54,339 nt of DNA from Moniliella sp. 'wahieum' (lineage: Eukaryota), in the NCBI GenBank assembly GCA_003971905.1, contig RSEE01000125.1:124001-178339 (forward strand), read 5' to 3'. The position numbers and the translations under genes are program-made. This document shows, one piece after another, positions 11,510 through 22,045 of this stretch. Positions within the stretch are counted from its first letter, which is position 1, and each line of letters begins with the position of its first letter. Below the pieces are notes generated by a model. It worked only from the letters and a program-made list of their open reading frames with translations, was not told the DNA's origin and ran no database searches.

Positions 11510-12914
11510 ATGGTCAAAGTCGCTCTGCTGTGCGTTGCTTTCCGATGCAACCCTCTCCCCCCACCACACAGGGAGAGAGGACTGTTGATTGGGGCGGAGT
11601 ATATACTGACTGCCGACCTTCTCTTGCTTTGGTCTCGCTGCGACCCAGTGGCGCGTCCGGCAACGTGGGCCAGCCGTTGGCGCTGCTGCTGAAGCAATCA
11701 CCCCACGTCTCTGAGTTGGCTCTCTACAGCCGCAACCACACCCCCGGCATTGCTGCTGATCTGTCGCATGTGCCGAGCAAAGCGCGTGTCACCGCCTTTC
11801 TGCCGACCGGCCATGGTGGGGGCTGCCTGCTGCTCTCGCAGATGCTGGGGTGGTGGTCATCTGTGCTAGTGCCGCCTTCCGGCCAGGGATGGAACGGGAA
11901 AGTCTGTTCCAGCTGAACGCAGCCATTATGGTCGAGATGGCAGAGGCGATTGCACGCTATGCGCCCCCGACCGCTCTGGTTGCCGTTGTTTCCAACCCTG
12001 TCAACTCGCTCGTCCCCATCGTAGCCGGCGTGCTGACCGCCCGAGGAAGATACGACCCGCAACGGTACGCATTTCCCTCCCGCACCCCCTCCCTCCCCCC
12101 GCGCGCGCCTATCTCTTTCTCGCTCTCTGTCCTATTAGGCTACACACCATTGTCAAGCATGCTAATGCTTTGCATCAATCAGCTTGTTTGGTGTCACCAC
12201 CCTCGATCTGTTCCGGGCCGAGACGTTCGTTGCGTCCGAAATGGACGACCCAGAGGTAGCTACTCGGGTCAAAGTCCCTGTTGTCGGGGGCCATTCGGGC
12301 AACACGATTGTGCCGTTGCTCTCGCTCTGCCAGCCAGCACTTCCGCCCTTGCCTCCAGAGGAGGAAACCCAACGGTACGTGATGCTCACCCACCGTATCC
12401 AGACAGCGGGAACCGAGGTGGTACAGGCCAAAGCGGCGGCAGCAGGGGGTTCAGCTACCCTCTCCATGGCCGCTGCCGCGGCCCGGTTGATCTTTGCTCT
12501 GATCCAGGCTCGTGCCGCGTCGCCTTCTTCTCCCTTTACAGAAGAAGGGTATGCAATGGTCGATCTCTGTCCGATCCAGACGGAGGGGACGAGGTACGCC
12601 ACCGTCTGTTTTCCCATTTGCCTCGTGCCGTACGGGAACGGATGAGGTTCTGTGCAGTGCCAATCTTACTTGATTCGGGAATTGGGAGCGTTCAGCGTAT
12701 CCTTCCGCTTCCCGATGCTTCCACGCTGCATCCGACCGAGCGGGACGCTTTGGCCCTTGCTGCGCCACGCTTGGTCCAAGATATGGATCTCGCCACACAG
12801 TGGCTTGCGTCCGCCTCCCTTTCGTCCCCGATGGGCGGGGTGGGGGTGGAATCAGCTGCGCTGGCCCACATGGCATCCGCCCCCGATTCAGCCAAGTGCG
12901 CTGTGACCGTATAG
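11510..12914 (+). CDS. Malate dehydrogenase-family (mitochondrial/glyoxysomal MDH-type fold) paralog with altered cofactor and substrate residues; no N-terminal presequence
   Basis: [61 protein letters not shown] and [13 protein letters not shown]...GSATLSMA. Introns 11530..11648 and 12065..12182; apparent frameshifts at about 11820 (G run) and about 12565. Confidence 0.93.
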
Positions 12915-13157
12915 AACAGTGTTCACTTGCCGTGCCACGGATCTGAGGAGGGACGATGGAGGGGCATGTAACGGGCTATGCGAAGGATGTTTCCTGATTT
13001 CAAGTAGAGCATGGATGGTGAGGCCAAGATAGATAAAGGCAACGTGAAAACAAAATACGACGGACGACTGGACGAGGGGATGCAGTATGGAGAAGGAGCG
13101 AAAGAAGAATGGATGAATGGAACGACGAGAGGAGATGAGATGAGGCCCGAGGAGCGG

Positions 13158-14347
13158 TCAGGTACGCTTTTTTGCTTCATCGATAGAATAGGACCCCGCT
13201 CCCATGTTGACTACGAGCAACAAGCCGCCAACGATGCTCAACGTTTGAAAGAAATCGTAGCGGAGGAAATCACGGGACGGATGGCTGGAATGTACGCTCC
13301 AAAAGTTGTTGACGGCCAAGTTGAAAAATGAGAGAAGAAGGATGAGGAAAGATGCAGACCAGCGCGCTTTGAAGCCAACTGCAACCATGACGCATGCGAC
13401 CAAGCCAAGCGGGGCAGTAAGAATGCGCAACAGCGTCCAGTTGCCGTGGCAGACAAAGCCGACAAACAAGCCGATCAGCAGGACACGGCCCGCGAGCTGC
13501 AGGTAGATGTTCTTGCTTGGTTCGGAAAGGGTGGGTAGACCAGCCAAGAGCGGGTGCCGGGATTTCTTGGAGAGCGAGTCGGAAAGACACATCAGCAACC
13601 CCCCTCCAACAGAAAAGTTGCGCAGGAAAAAATTCCAGTCCAACAGCACGCCGTACCCGATACCTTGCAAGAAGATGATGCCCCAAAGTGAACTGACAGC
13701 CGAGACGGGCACGCGGCGTGCAATGAGCAGGATAGATGCACAGACCATCACCACCACATTAACCGAGAGGAAGACATGGCCAATCCCCCAGTACATGTGT
13801 CGTTCTTGGGTGAGATAGTGAACCTGGTCAGGCCATTGGCACACGATCCGAACCGCATCTTCCAAAAAAGTCGCCACGATCAAAAAACGGCCGAGGGCCG
13901 GATGTAGGGACGTAGGGACTGAGTGTAGGCCTCGATCATGTCCTCAGTTCCGGATGACCAACGACGGAGCTGGTGAGGTAGACATGCTCCGAGGTAGCTG
14001 CGAGGTTGACGTGAACCCAAATTCAGATGATGGGGCAAAGCCGCCCGAATACGAGGCAGCGGGCGCATGCGAGAACGAATGTGGCGAGGGTGAGCATATG
14101 TGTATGCGTATGCGTTTCCATATCCGTTTTGGGATCCCAAGCCGGGCCCAGCTCCTGACCCACTGTACGACATGGGCCGGGCATGGTTGGGCCCGACGCG
14201 CCCGGATCGCGGGTGGGCGGCGTAGCTTCCGTGTGGGGCGTGCTGGGACCCAATTCTACCTGGCAAGGGACGTGTACTGACCGAGGCGTAGTGGCGGTGG
14301 CCAGGTCGCGCGCTGCGCCAGCTCCGCCGTACGTAGGCGGAGTACAT
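13158..14347 (-). CDS. ERV29: ER-derived vesicle cargo receptor Erv29/SURF4
   Basis: (GRF)LIVATFLEDAVRI, FFLRNFSVGGGLL, LAGRVLLI, DFLRYDFFQTLSIVGGLLL and a C-terminal dilysine motif SIDEAKKRT. Frameshift at about 13900; start codon uncertain. Confidence 0.93.
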
Positions 14348-14424
14348 GCTGGGGGGTGTGGTGGCGCTTCCTTCTCCCGAGGTCTGTCGCAAGCTGGGCC
14401 CGGTGGAGCGGCGCGGGAGCTTAG

Positions 14425-15552
14425 ATCATTGATCGATCATCGATCAGCGGAGCTTTTTTTTTTTTAGGCGCATGTTCCAATTTTAAGTTTCACCCCCGCG
14501 CCTAGGAAATGGCAACCCCCTCGGCCTGAGAACGTTGAAGCTTGAAGAGCACCAAGTGGGTTTGAGATCTGAGCAAAGCAAGAGGACGGCATACCGGGCG
14601 GACCACATGCCCCCGATGTCGTCTGGATATCTTTGGGCCGTTCAACACAATCAGGGTACTGCATTACGAGGTCATTGAGGTCATTGAGATCATCGAGGCA
14701 ATGCATTGATCTTGGCCTTGCTCCTCGATCCTTGGCCATCTACCGTCGACATCATCTATCGTCCCGAGCAGGGAAAGCGGAACGTCAGAGTTTTGCGCGC
14801 TGCCCGGATGATGCGGCTGGCCAGGGTGTAACAGGGGCCGCGTGCGGTGTGCACGGGGCTGCCCGTCGCTAGGGTTCCTAGGTATACTCTGAATGTTGTT
14901 GAGCCTCAGCGTACTGATACTCACCGGTCACCGGTCTCACCCGACCTGGCCCGGGCTGCCCCGGCCTGCGATCAAGCTCTTTGCGTCCAAGATCTAATCA
15001 TTCAATCCTTAAATCACCTTACATTAGGCACTGGAGGACACGTGGCACTAGCACCACGTACTTCTCCAGACAAGCCAGGCACTAGCACTACACGGCACAG
15101 GGCAGCACCAAACACGAAACACACCCCATTATGCATCATGCATACGTCATGCTTCATGTTTCAGATGTGCACGTCCAAGTCTCAGACACCAGGCCTGAGC
15201 GCCTGAGCCTCAGCGCTCAGCGCCTCAGCGCCTCAGCGCCTCCGACCGCCTCAGCGCATACGCTGGAATCGAGCAGGCCACCGGCGGGCCGCAGGCCCTC
15301 GGGCCCCACGCCTGCCGCACCAGGGGAGCAGTGTCCCTCCAGCCGAGGGAAGACTGCCCCTATCCCGGAATCGCAACACCAGCACCACGGCTGTGGACCC
15401 CAGCTGCTGCGCTCGAGCCATCAGCCACTGCTGGCTGCGACACAGGGCAGGCATGGGGCCAGTGTGCTGCTTGGTTGCCACCCCCGGGGAGGGTGCCCCA
15501 TTGGCCGGCGGCCCGGCTGAGGCCTGAGCCTGAGCCTGAGGAGGCCTGAGGC
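14425..15552. repeat. Heptamer and quasi-palindrome arrays in the intergenic region between ERV29 and the hypothetical gene
   Basis: gatcgatcatcgatca about 14430-14445; TCA-CCGG-TCA 14921-14930; TCA-GCGC-TCA 15210-15219 within (CCTCAGCG)n; TGAGGCC/TGAGCC run 15518-15552. Confidence 0.8.
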
Positions 15553-15798
15553 CGAGGTGGGGCAAACGACGGCAGCGGCGAGGCCGGGGAGGCCCTGAGC
15601 CCGAGGTGCGCATCGACGGCCTTCGGCAGCTTCGTTCCCCTAAGGCCAGGCCAGCCCCCAGCTCTGCCCTTTTCTACCCAGCCGCCCCCTTTGTCCCTGC
15701 TGCCTGTCCACCGCCATCCAGCCTGCCCGGGCGCATTCCTTCTCCCGTTTGTGTATCCTGTCTGCTCCCCTCCTTCTCTTCTCCTTGCACCACCCGCC

Positions 15799-17892
15799 AT
15801 GTCTCCTCTCCGTCGTCGTCGCCCGCCGTCCTGTCGCCCGCGCAGGCTCCCTCCCCGCTACTCGTCGCCTCGCCCGCGTCCTCGCCTTCGCCCGCGCCCC
15901 TCGCCACGGTGCTGCGCTGGCGCTGTCTGGCCCAGCTCTGTTGGCGCACCCCCGCACCCGGCCGCCATCCCCTCGGGTCGCTGCTGATGCGCCTCCGCAC
16001 CCGCCCACCGCAGCCCAGGTCCGCGCCCAGCCCCGCCGTCAACCAGTCCGCCTCATCAATCCCAATCCCCCCCTGCCGTCTCGCCGCCCCAGCCGTCCAC
16101 TCCCGTGCTTCTTCTATCCCCAAGTCTCCTCCCCCCCCACCCGCGCTACCGACGCGCCGGCGACGCTCAACCTTACCACTGCTTGTAACACTGCCGTCCC
16201 TGAGCCTGGCACTTTCTCCTCCCCTTCTCAACCGTCGAAGCGAGGTGAAGGAACTGTTGGTGTCGGACAATGCGCCTACCCGGACCAAGGACGTAATGCG
16301 CAGAGTCGAGGCCCTCTTCCCCACCACGGACGCTTCGCCCACGTCCTCTTCCATGCCAGAGTCACGATCGTTGTTGCTGGCATACTTCTTGCCACCAGGC
16401 AAGTCCTATCCGACGCGGGGTGGCAGGTATGTACGCCCTTCTCTTCCCTCGCGACGCGGAAGTCTGGGCCAGTTTGCTGCGATTGTAGGCGCCGACATTC
16501 CACAGTCAGAGTGGAACGTTGCGCTGCGAGGGCTGGTGGCCGAGTACGCGCCCAGCGATGAGGACATGGGGATCGAAAGCAAGATCCCGCCGCAACGTCT
16601 CCTGAGGCAGGTATCAACTTGCCCGCTGCATCCGGGATCACAAAGATCCCAAGTGTGGTGGCGACCCCAGCAGCTTCGCCTCGGTCGTCCCCACGGTCTG
16701 CACCTCTTCCGGGGCCTCTATCCTCTCGAAGGGACTGGGCCACTCTCTCTCTCTCTCCACATCCCCGCAATGCTGACCGGGACCTCTCCCCCTCCAGTCC
16801 TAATGGAGTGGGCGTGGGATCGGCCAAGGGCTTAGTCCCGGCATGGGGGGCGCGCTGTCTAATTCCTATGGGCGTGCACACTGAGGCAAGACCCTTCATT
16901 GCCCCTGGTCCCGCACCGGAGTTCAGCTGCTCCCCGCGCGCACTACGGTCGCGTGCGCATAGCCGTGGTTCCTCCCTGGCTAGTCCATGCCTCGGCGATT
17001 TGCACGAAGAACCCGAACCGCATGAGACCACACCTGCACCTGCCCCTCCTTCCACTGGCTCGAGCAGCGACGCCTCCTCAGGCCCCCCTTTTCTCTCTCA
17101 CTCGGCGCGCTTTGCTATGCCCAAGCACCGTAATCGTCGTCATCCCCCTCACGGTTCGGACGACGCCGTCCCCTACCTATCTCGCCATGGCGCCCGCAAC
17201 GCCACCTCTGCCACAGCCGCTCCGCCTCCTTCACAACCCAATCGGAGCCCAAGCCCACGTCCGATCGCAGGCTCCGATGGAGATGACGATGAAGATGAGT
17301 CTGAAGAACAGGACGAGGGGAAGATGAAGATGAAGATGAGATCAGGACGAAGGCGAAGTTAAAGATGAAGACCAGGACCGGGATCAAGGCAAACGTAAGG
17401 TCGAAAACCAGGGCCGTGCCTTTCCCCCGGAAAGTGACTCGGAAGAGTCGGCATCTCTGAAGTCGGATCAAGTCAATTCACCCCTCCTTCCCCCCTACCT
17501 CATGGCAAGCAAACTCGGCGCAGGCTCAATTGTACCACTGGCAACACGAACAGCAGCGGCTGTCGCGTGGCGTGCCCCCAACCCAATGGGAACCGTCGGG
17601 AAACGAGTCCGAGTCGGATCCAGGTCAGACGGAAGATACGTCGGATGAGAAGGAACTGTTTCTGGGGGGCGATGTATCGCCGGATGCGGCCTTGAGCGAC
17701 GCCCATTCGGACCCAGGGAATACCGATGCAAGTTCTACCCCGCCGGTCGCTGCGGGCGACCGTGGGAAGGACTCGCTCCCCTTTGCCGTCACCCAATTAC
17801 GCCACCTCGCACGTACCAAGTCAGTCACTTGGCCTTGGCTCGCAATCGGTACCTACCCATGTTGGTTCCTCTTGCCCCCCCACCCCACCTGA
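15799..17892 (+). CDS. Hypothetical Pro/Ser-rich protein with an acidic tract; frameshifted, no recognisable domain
   Basis: ATG in CCCGCCATG context after a pyrimidine-rich leader. Long overlapping open frames include a non-repetitive segment (EVKELLVSDNAP...SEWNVALRGLVAEY) and a DGDDDEDESEEQDE tract. Possible intron 16428..16488. Confidence 0.5.
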
Positions 17893-17899
17893 ATTTTAA

Positions 17900-19453
17900 G
17901 TGTTAGCCTTTTGTCCTCTTGCATGCCCCACCCGCCTTTCACACTGTATGATAAAAATGGGTCCACTAGGCTTTCCCTGCCCCCTTTTGTGATGGTCCTG
18001 TGAACGCTTTGGAGCGTGACTTCCTTTCCTAGGACATTATTTGTTTCCTCTCCGACTATGTTACCGTCACCTCTTTCACAGGGCGCGTATGCCTCTGTTG
18101 ATCCTGTTCTTTCGATCCTATCCGTTGATCCCATGTTTTCCCGCCGTTGATGGTGCTTTTGTTTTAAGCAAGAATTTTTCGTGAACTATCGGTTTCCTCC
18201 GTTTCCTCCTTGAATGATGTGAATTGGCTTCCAGCAATAGCTTCAGCCGCGGTTGGGTTGGGGTTGGGTTGAAGAAGGGTTCAATGGAAATGGCAGTGTG
18301 AAGGATGTATTATTTCCATAACAGTGCGATCACAAGCTGGGAGTAGGCAACGGGAAAGAAAAGACTGTGGATGGCATAGCCACAACAGTTGTATTTGATT
18401 AGCCATTGAGGATACACAGAAAGACGACAGCAGATCATTAGTCGGTCCCCGTGTATTGTCATGTGTGGAAATACACATGGATGACACATGGAATGATGAG
18501 ACATAGCTGGGATTGTAGAGAAGATCTGGTGGTCCACAACATCACAGCTTTTCTTCGTCCTCAGTTCTCTGTGTGGGGTTTTTAAATGAGAATCGAGAAA
18601 TAGTTTACAGCCCCATTGTTGGCGAGCTCGGCTCAGCTCAGCAGAATCTCGCGTAAGAAATGCTTGCTGAGCAGTAGTATTGTTGGGGAAAATGAGGTGG
18701 CAAGATCGAAGAGGTGATGATCTCGATGATGTAGGTCATTAGGGTAAATATATCGTCTTGCATGGACTGAAGGCGGAGTTGTCTGGCTTCTCTTGGACGC
18801 AACCGCGAAGATCGCCGTCAAAGTTGCGCAGTTGAAAGAAGCTACTGTGGCTTTTAGTCTGACTGATGGCGGTTGAAGCTGATCGTTGTGAGCAGCGACG
18901 CTGAGAAACACTCCATCAGTGGCTAGATATGAAAGAAGAGAACGTCGATTACCCTCGTGGACATGAATGCGCTGGGCTTATTTTGTGTGAGATGGCAAGG
19001 GAAATACCCTGAAAAGGAGAGAGAGGTCGATAGCCGGAGGATAGAGGGGAGTAGAAGGGGCTATTGTTTTGCAGTAATTCTCGCTGAAAATGAAGTGAAC
19101 AAAGGCTTGTGGATAAAAATAGAGAGTGTGAATGATGACGGTTAACACTGATGGTATGCGCCAATTCGTGAACTATATGCTTAGGAAGGATGGGGGATCT
19201 CATCATCACAGTGTAAGTGGATAGGAAACACACGCTGTGTCCATAATGTAAAAAGGAGGAGAGGGTGTATATATTGTGTCAACAGAGAGATGCGGCGGGG
19301 GGAGTAAAAAGCCTTACGCCCCTTGTGTGCATAGAAGTTGGGCTTTTTGTATCTATCATGACGGGACGAGCGTATGGAAGAGAGAGAGAGGTCGCTGCAT
19401 CTCATGGGCAAGTCCATAGTCAATGTGTATGACCAACAGCAGAGAAGCGACAT
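17900..19453 (-). pseudogene. AT-richer segment with broken hydrophobic reading frames; possible degraded membrane-protein gene
   Basis: Short hydrophobic pieces (LLTQYIHPLLLFTLW; YAIHSLFFPVAYSQLVIALLWK) are interrupted by many stops and shifts. GC is visibly lower than in the flanking genes. Confidence 0.2.
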
Positions 19454-20129
19454 TGTTGCTTTTCTCTAGAACGATGTTCAAGCGACCTTACAAAGGCCTC
19501 AGGCCTCAGAGTAGGACGACCGTCAGCGAGCGTAGGAAGGCCACACTCTGAGTCTCTTTGATATGAAAATCAAATGGATCTATCAGCACCAATTCCGTCA
19601 GCACTATCAGTACACCATATCCCGACTCAGAATTAGACCATCATTGTAATGCTGGGGCGCGCTGGGGAATGACGGTCATTAATCATTGCCTCCGTCGAAA
19701 AAGTCGGCCCTCTTTTGTGCTATTTTTTGGCGCCCCCAGCTCTGTTGGTCGTGGCGCCAACGAACCACATATGCGCCCCACCTGTTCTATGCTGATGAGG
19801 ACATCATCTTTGCGGTTCTCTAGTACTTCCGTTGACTGGCAACCTTCACAACGTTCAGATCTGAAACCTCATCAGCCTTATAGGCCCTCAGGTTCTCAGG
19901 TTTCAGGGTATATACTGTGGCATGTGAGGTATGCAGTAGGGTGAGTATTACAGAGTGCATCAGCTTGGGGAAGTGGCAACCCCCACTGCTCAGGGCCCTT
20001 GTCCTGTGTGGGCAGTTACTGGTACCTATAGCTACCCTCTGCGAACCCCCCAACCCCGCCACCAGGCTCTGCACCCTGAGTTCGGCGCTGCGGCAGCGGG
20101 AAAATGGGGCTGACATGTACACAATGCCC

Positions 20130-20363
20130 GAGGCTTGAAGCTTGATCTTGGATCATATATCATGCACCCTGCTTCAGATCTCCACAGACGTTCAGAGCTT
20201 CAGCACTTCAGCACTTCAAGCTTCAAGCTTCAGCTTCCAAACAACTGCTGCTGGGGGCACGCTTGAGATCCAGGACATGATCATCGATTATCGATTATCG
20301 ATGACATCGACCACAAGGCCCAATATCAGTATTCAATATTCAATGATCATCGATCATCGATCA
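20130..20363. repeat. Heptamer arrays (TCAAGCT, TTATCGA, TCAATAT, TCATCGA)
   Basis: (TCAAGCT)2TCA 20216-20232; TCA-ATAT-TCA 20333-20342; (TCATCGA)2TCA 20347-20363. Confidence 0.88.
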
Positions 20364-20514
20364 TCCAACACCGGGTTTTGATGGTTGTCCTCCTCGCTTC
20401 GTATCTTTTGGGTCCTTACCCTCAGGCCTAATGCGGGCCCCACACGTCCCCCGAGGCGTAAGGACCCACAGGATCCAGGGTCTTGTGCTTCTATGTACGA
20501 TGCGAATAGGCTCA

Positions 20515-20521
20515 TATATAA
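20515..20521 (+). promoter_or_regulatory. TATA box (TATATAA) upstream of the hypothetical gene at 20766
   Basis: TATATAAG is followed by a C/T-rich leader typical of fungal core promoters and 5' UTRs. Confidence 0.5.
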
Positions 20522-20765
20522 GCCCCCACACCCTTTATTTTGGTCCACAGTCCCTTCCCCTTACTCGTTGTCCCCAGTCTTTCTTATTCCCCCTCTTCCT
20601 CCCCCTCCCCCCCCACTCGTTGTAGCCCGCTCCCATCCACGCATATGCACACCAGTCTGGTCGTCCTCTGCTCCATCCAGCCTTAATCTTACCCCACCGC
20701 GCTATTCTCTTGTTGCCAGTGCAACCCCACTTTCTTCCCTAACCACACTTGCAACGCGCCCACAC

Positions 20766-21306
20766 ATGTCCGTCGATCTTACCCACGCCCCCTCGTTGCC
20801 CGCTCCCACCGCGCAGGGGGCTCAACTGCATCAACCATCACCTCGCCGGCACCAGCAGCGCCCGCAACACAACACGCCGGCCCACCATCTCCCCACAGGC
20901 ATCTCTCCCACTCCGGTGACCCCCGTCGCCAGTCGATGCCAAACATGGAGCGGGCCGGACTGCTGCCCGACGGACGCACCGCTTACCCTCGCCGCGCCTC
21001 CTTGGGCGAAATGAGCTGCACCGGAACGCGCCTCTCCCCTTCCGTCTCAGTACATCGTGGGCATCCCCCTCTGCCCTGGCCCCGCTGTCCCAGATGGAGC
21101 CACGGGAATCAACACCAACGTCCCCCTCTCACAAGCGCCACTGCCTCCGAGCAAGAAGCAAGGCCCGACGGGTCGCGCCCTGTCCTCCCCCCGTGGCAAC
21201 ATCCACGGTGCGAGTTAAGGAAGTCTCTCATCTGTCGATCCCAGGCTTGGGCCTCTACCCTGTGGAAGTGCCGGATATAACGCTCCCTCCCACCCATGGC
21301 CGGTAA
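20766..21306 (+). CDS. Hypothetical small protein (about 180 aa, frameshifted)
   Basis: A TATA box and pyrimidine leader precede the ATG. Stitched frames give MSVDLTHAPS...AYPRRASLGEM...VKEVSHLSIPGLGLYPVEVPDITLPPTHGR*. Confidence 0.45.
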
Positions 21307-21385
21307 TCAGCCACGGACGTTGCTGAAATGCACTTGAGAATGGGTGGTTGCATGTCATCCTTTTGGCTACCAGGAAGCGAATGAA

Positions 21386-21799
21386 TCAGACTTGTTGCGA
21401 TGCGGTACCAAAGCCACCGGCATAGTGTTCCGGGTCTGGGGAGGCATAGCTAAACTCTTTCTGCTCCCCCCAAAGAACTGACGGCGGATCAACTCGCCTG
21501 GCCATAAACAACGTCAGTACTCTTCTCACGCGCCAAGCAGCCTGCCATACGCACCACCTAGCATCGCTGTGACCGGAATCCAAAAGGCCAGAGAATAGTA
21601 GGGCTTGAGCTTGGGATCGGGCTTGCGGTTCCAAAAGTCCTTGAGCAGGTATCCAGCGATGGAGCGGATCGGCAGCTGCTGCCCGTACCGCCCCCTGGTA
21701 GTCAGGGTACAGCGGCCCGGGAGCCCGTTGGGACAGGGGTGGTGGGCGCGGCGCAGGCTCGCGTTTGCTCGTCGGACGCTGTTTCCGCACAGCCGGCAT
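21386..21799 (-). CDS. Small single-pass membrane protein of unknown function (about 120 aa)
   Basis: MPAVRKQ...YLLKDFWNRKPDPKLKPYYSLAFWIPVTAMLG, then intron 21554..21498 (GTGCGT...TACTGAC...CAG), then GELIRRQFFGG..EQKEFSYASPDPEHYAGGFGTASQQV*. Requires two G-run corrections. Confidence 0.6.
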   Translation of the reverse strand: MPAVRKQRPTSKREPAPRPPPLSQRAPGPLYPDYQGAVRAAAADPLHRWIPAQGLLEPQARSQAQALLFSGLLDSGHSDARWCVWQAAWRVRRVLTLFMARRVDPPSVLWGEQKEFSYASPDPEHYAGGFGTASQQV

Positions 21800-21930
21800 G
21801 ACAGTTGAGGTGGTGGCGCAGGCAACCCCACCGCGTGCTGAAGCGGTCGCCACCCGCCCTTACTATTGGGATCGCCGCCGCTGATTAATGATTCCGCCGC
21901 GGAAACCGATCCCCACACTTGGTCTCTGAT

Positions 21931-21998
21931 ACTACCACTACCACTGCCACTAACACTACCACTACCACTGTCACTACCACCACCACTACCACTACCAC
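21931..21998 (+). repeat. (ACTACC)n hexamer microsatellite in the short divergent promoter between the small TM gene and VAM6
   Basis: About 11 imperfect ACTACC units. Confidence 0.9.
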
Positions 21999-22045
21999 CC
22001 ACCGCCACCCCCTCCACCGTTCCCCTGTCATCCCCCGACATTGGC

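Noticed and set aside
12880..12914. Peroxisomal targeting signal on the MDH paralog
   Set aside because: The predicted end AVTV* is not a PTS1. The alternative-frame end SAL* is not canonical and would need another unverified frameshift.
18251..18270. Telomere-like GGGTT repeat
   Set aside because: Only about four imperfect units, not TTAGGG, with no subtelomeric context.
5900..19700. Autonomous transposon in the AT-richer islands
   Set aside because: No RT, integrase, transposase or helicase motif, and no terminal repeat or target-site duplication that I could identify.
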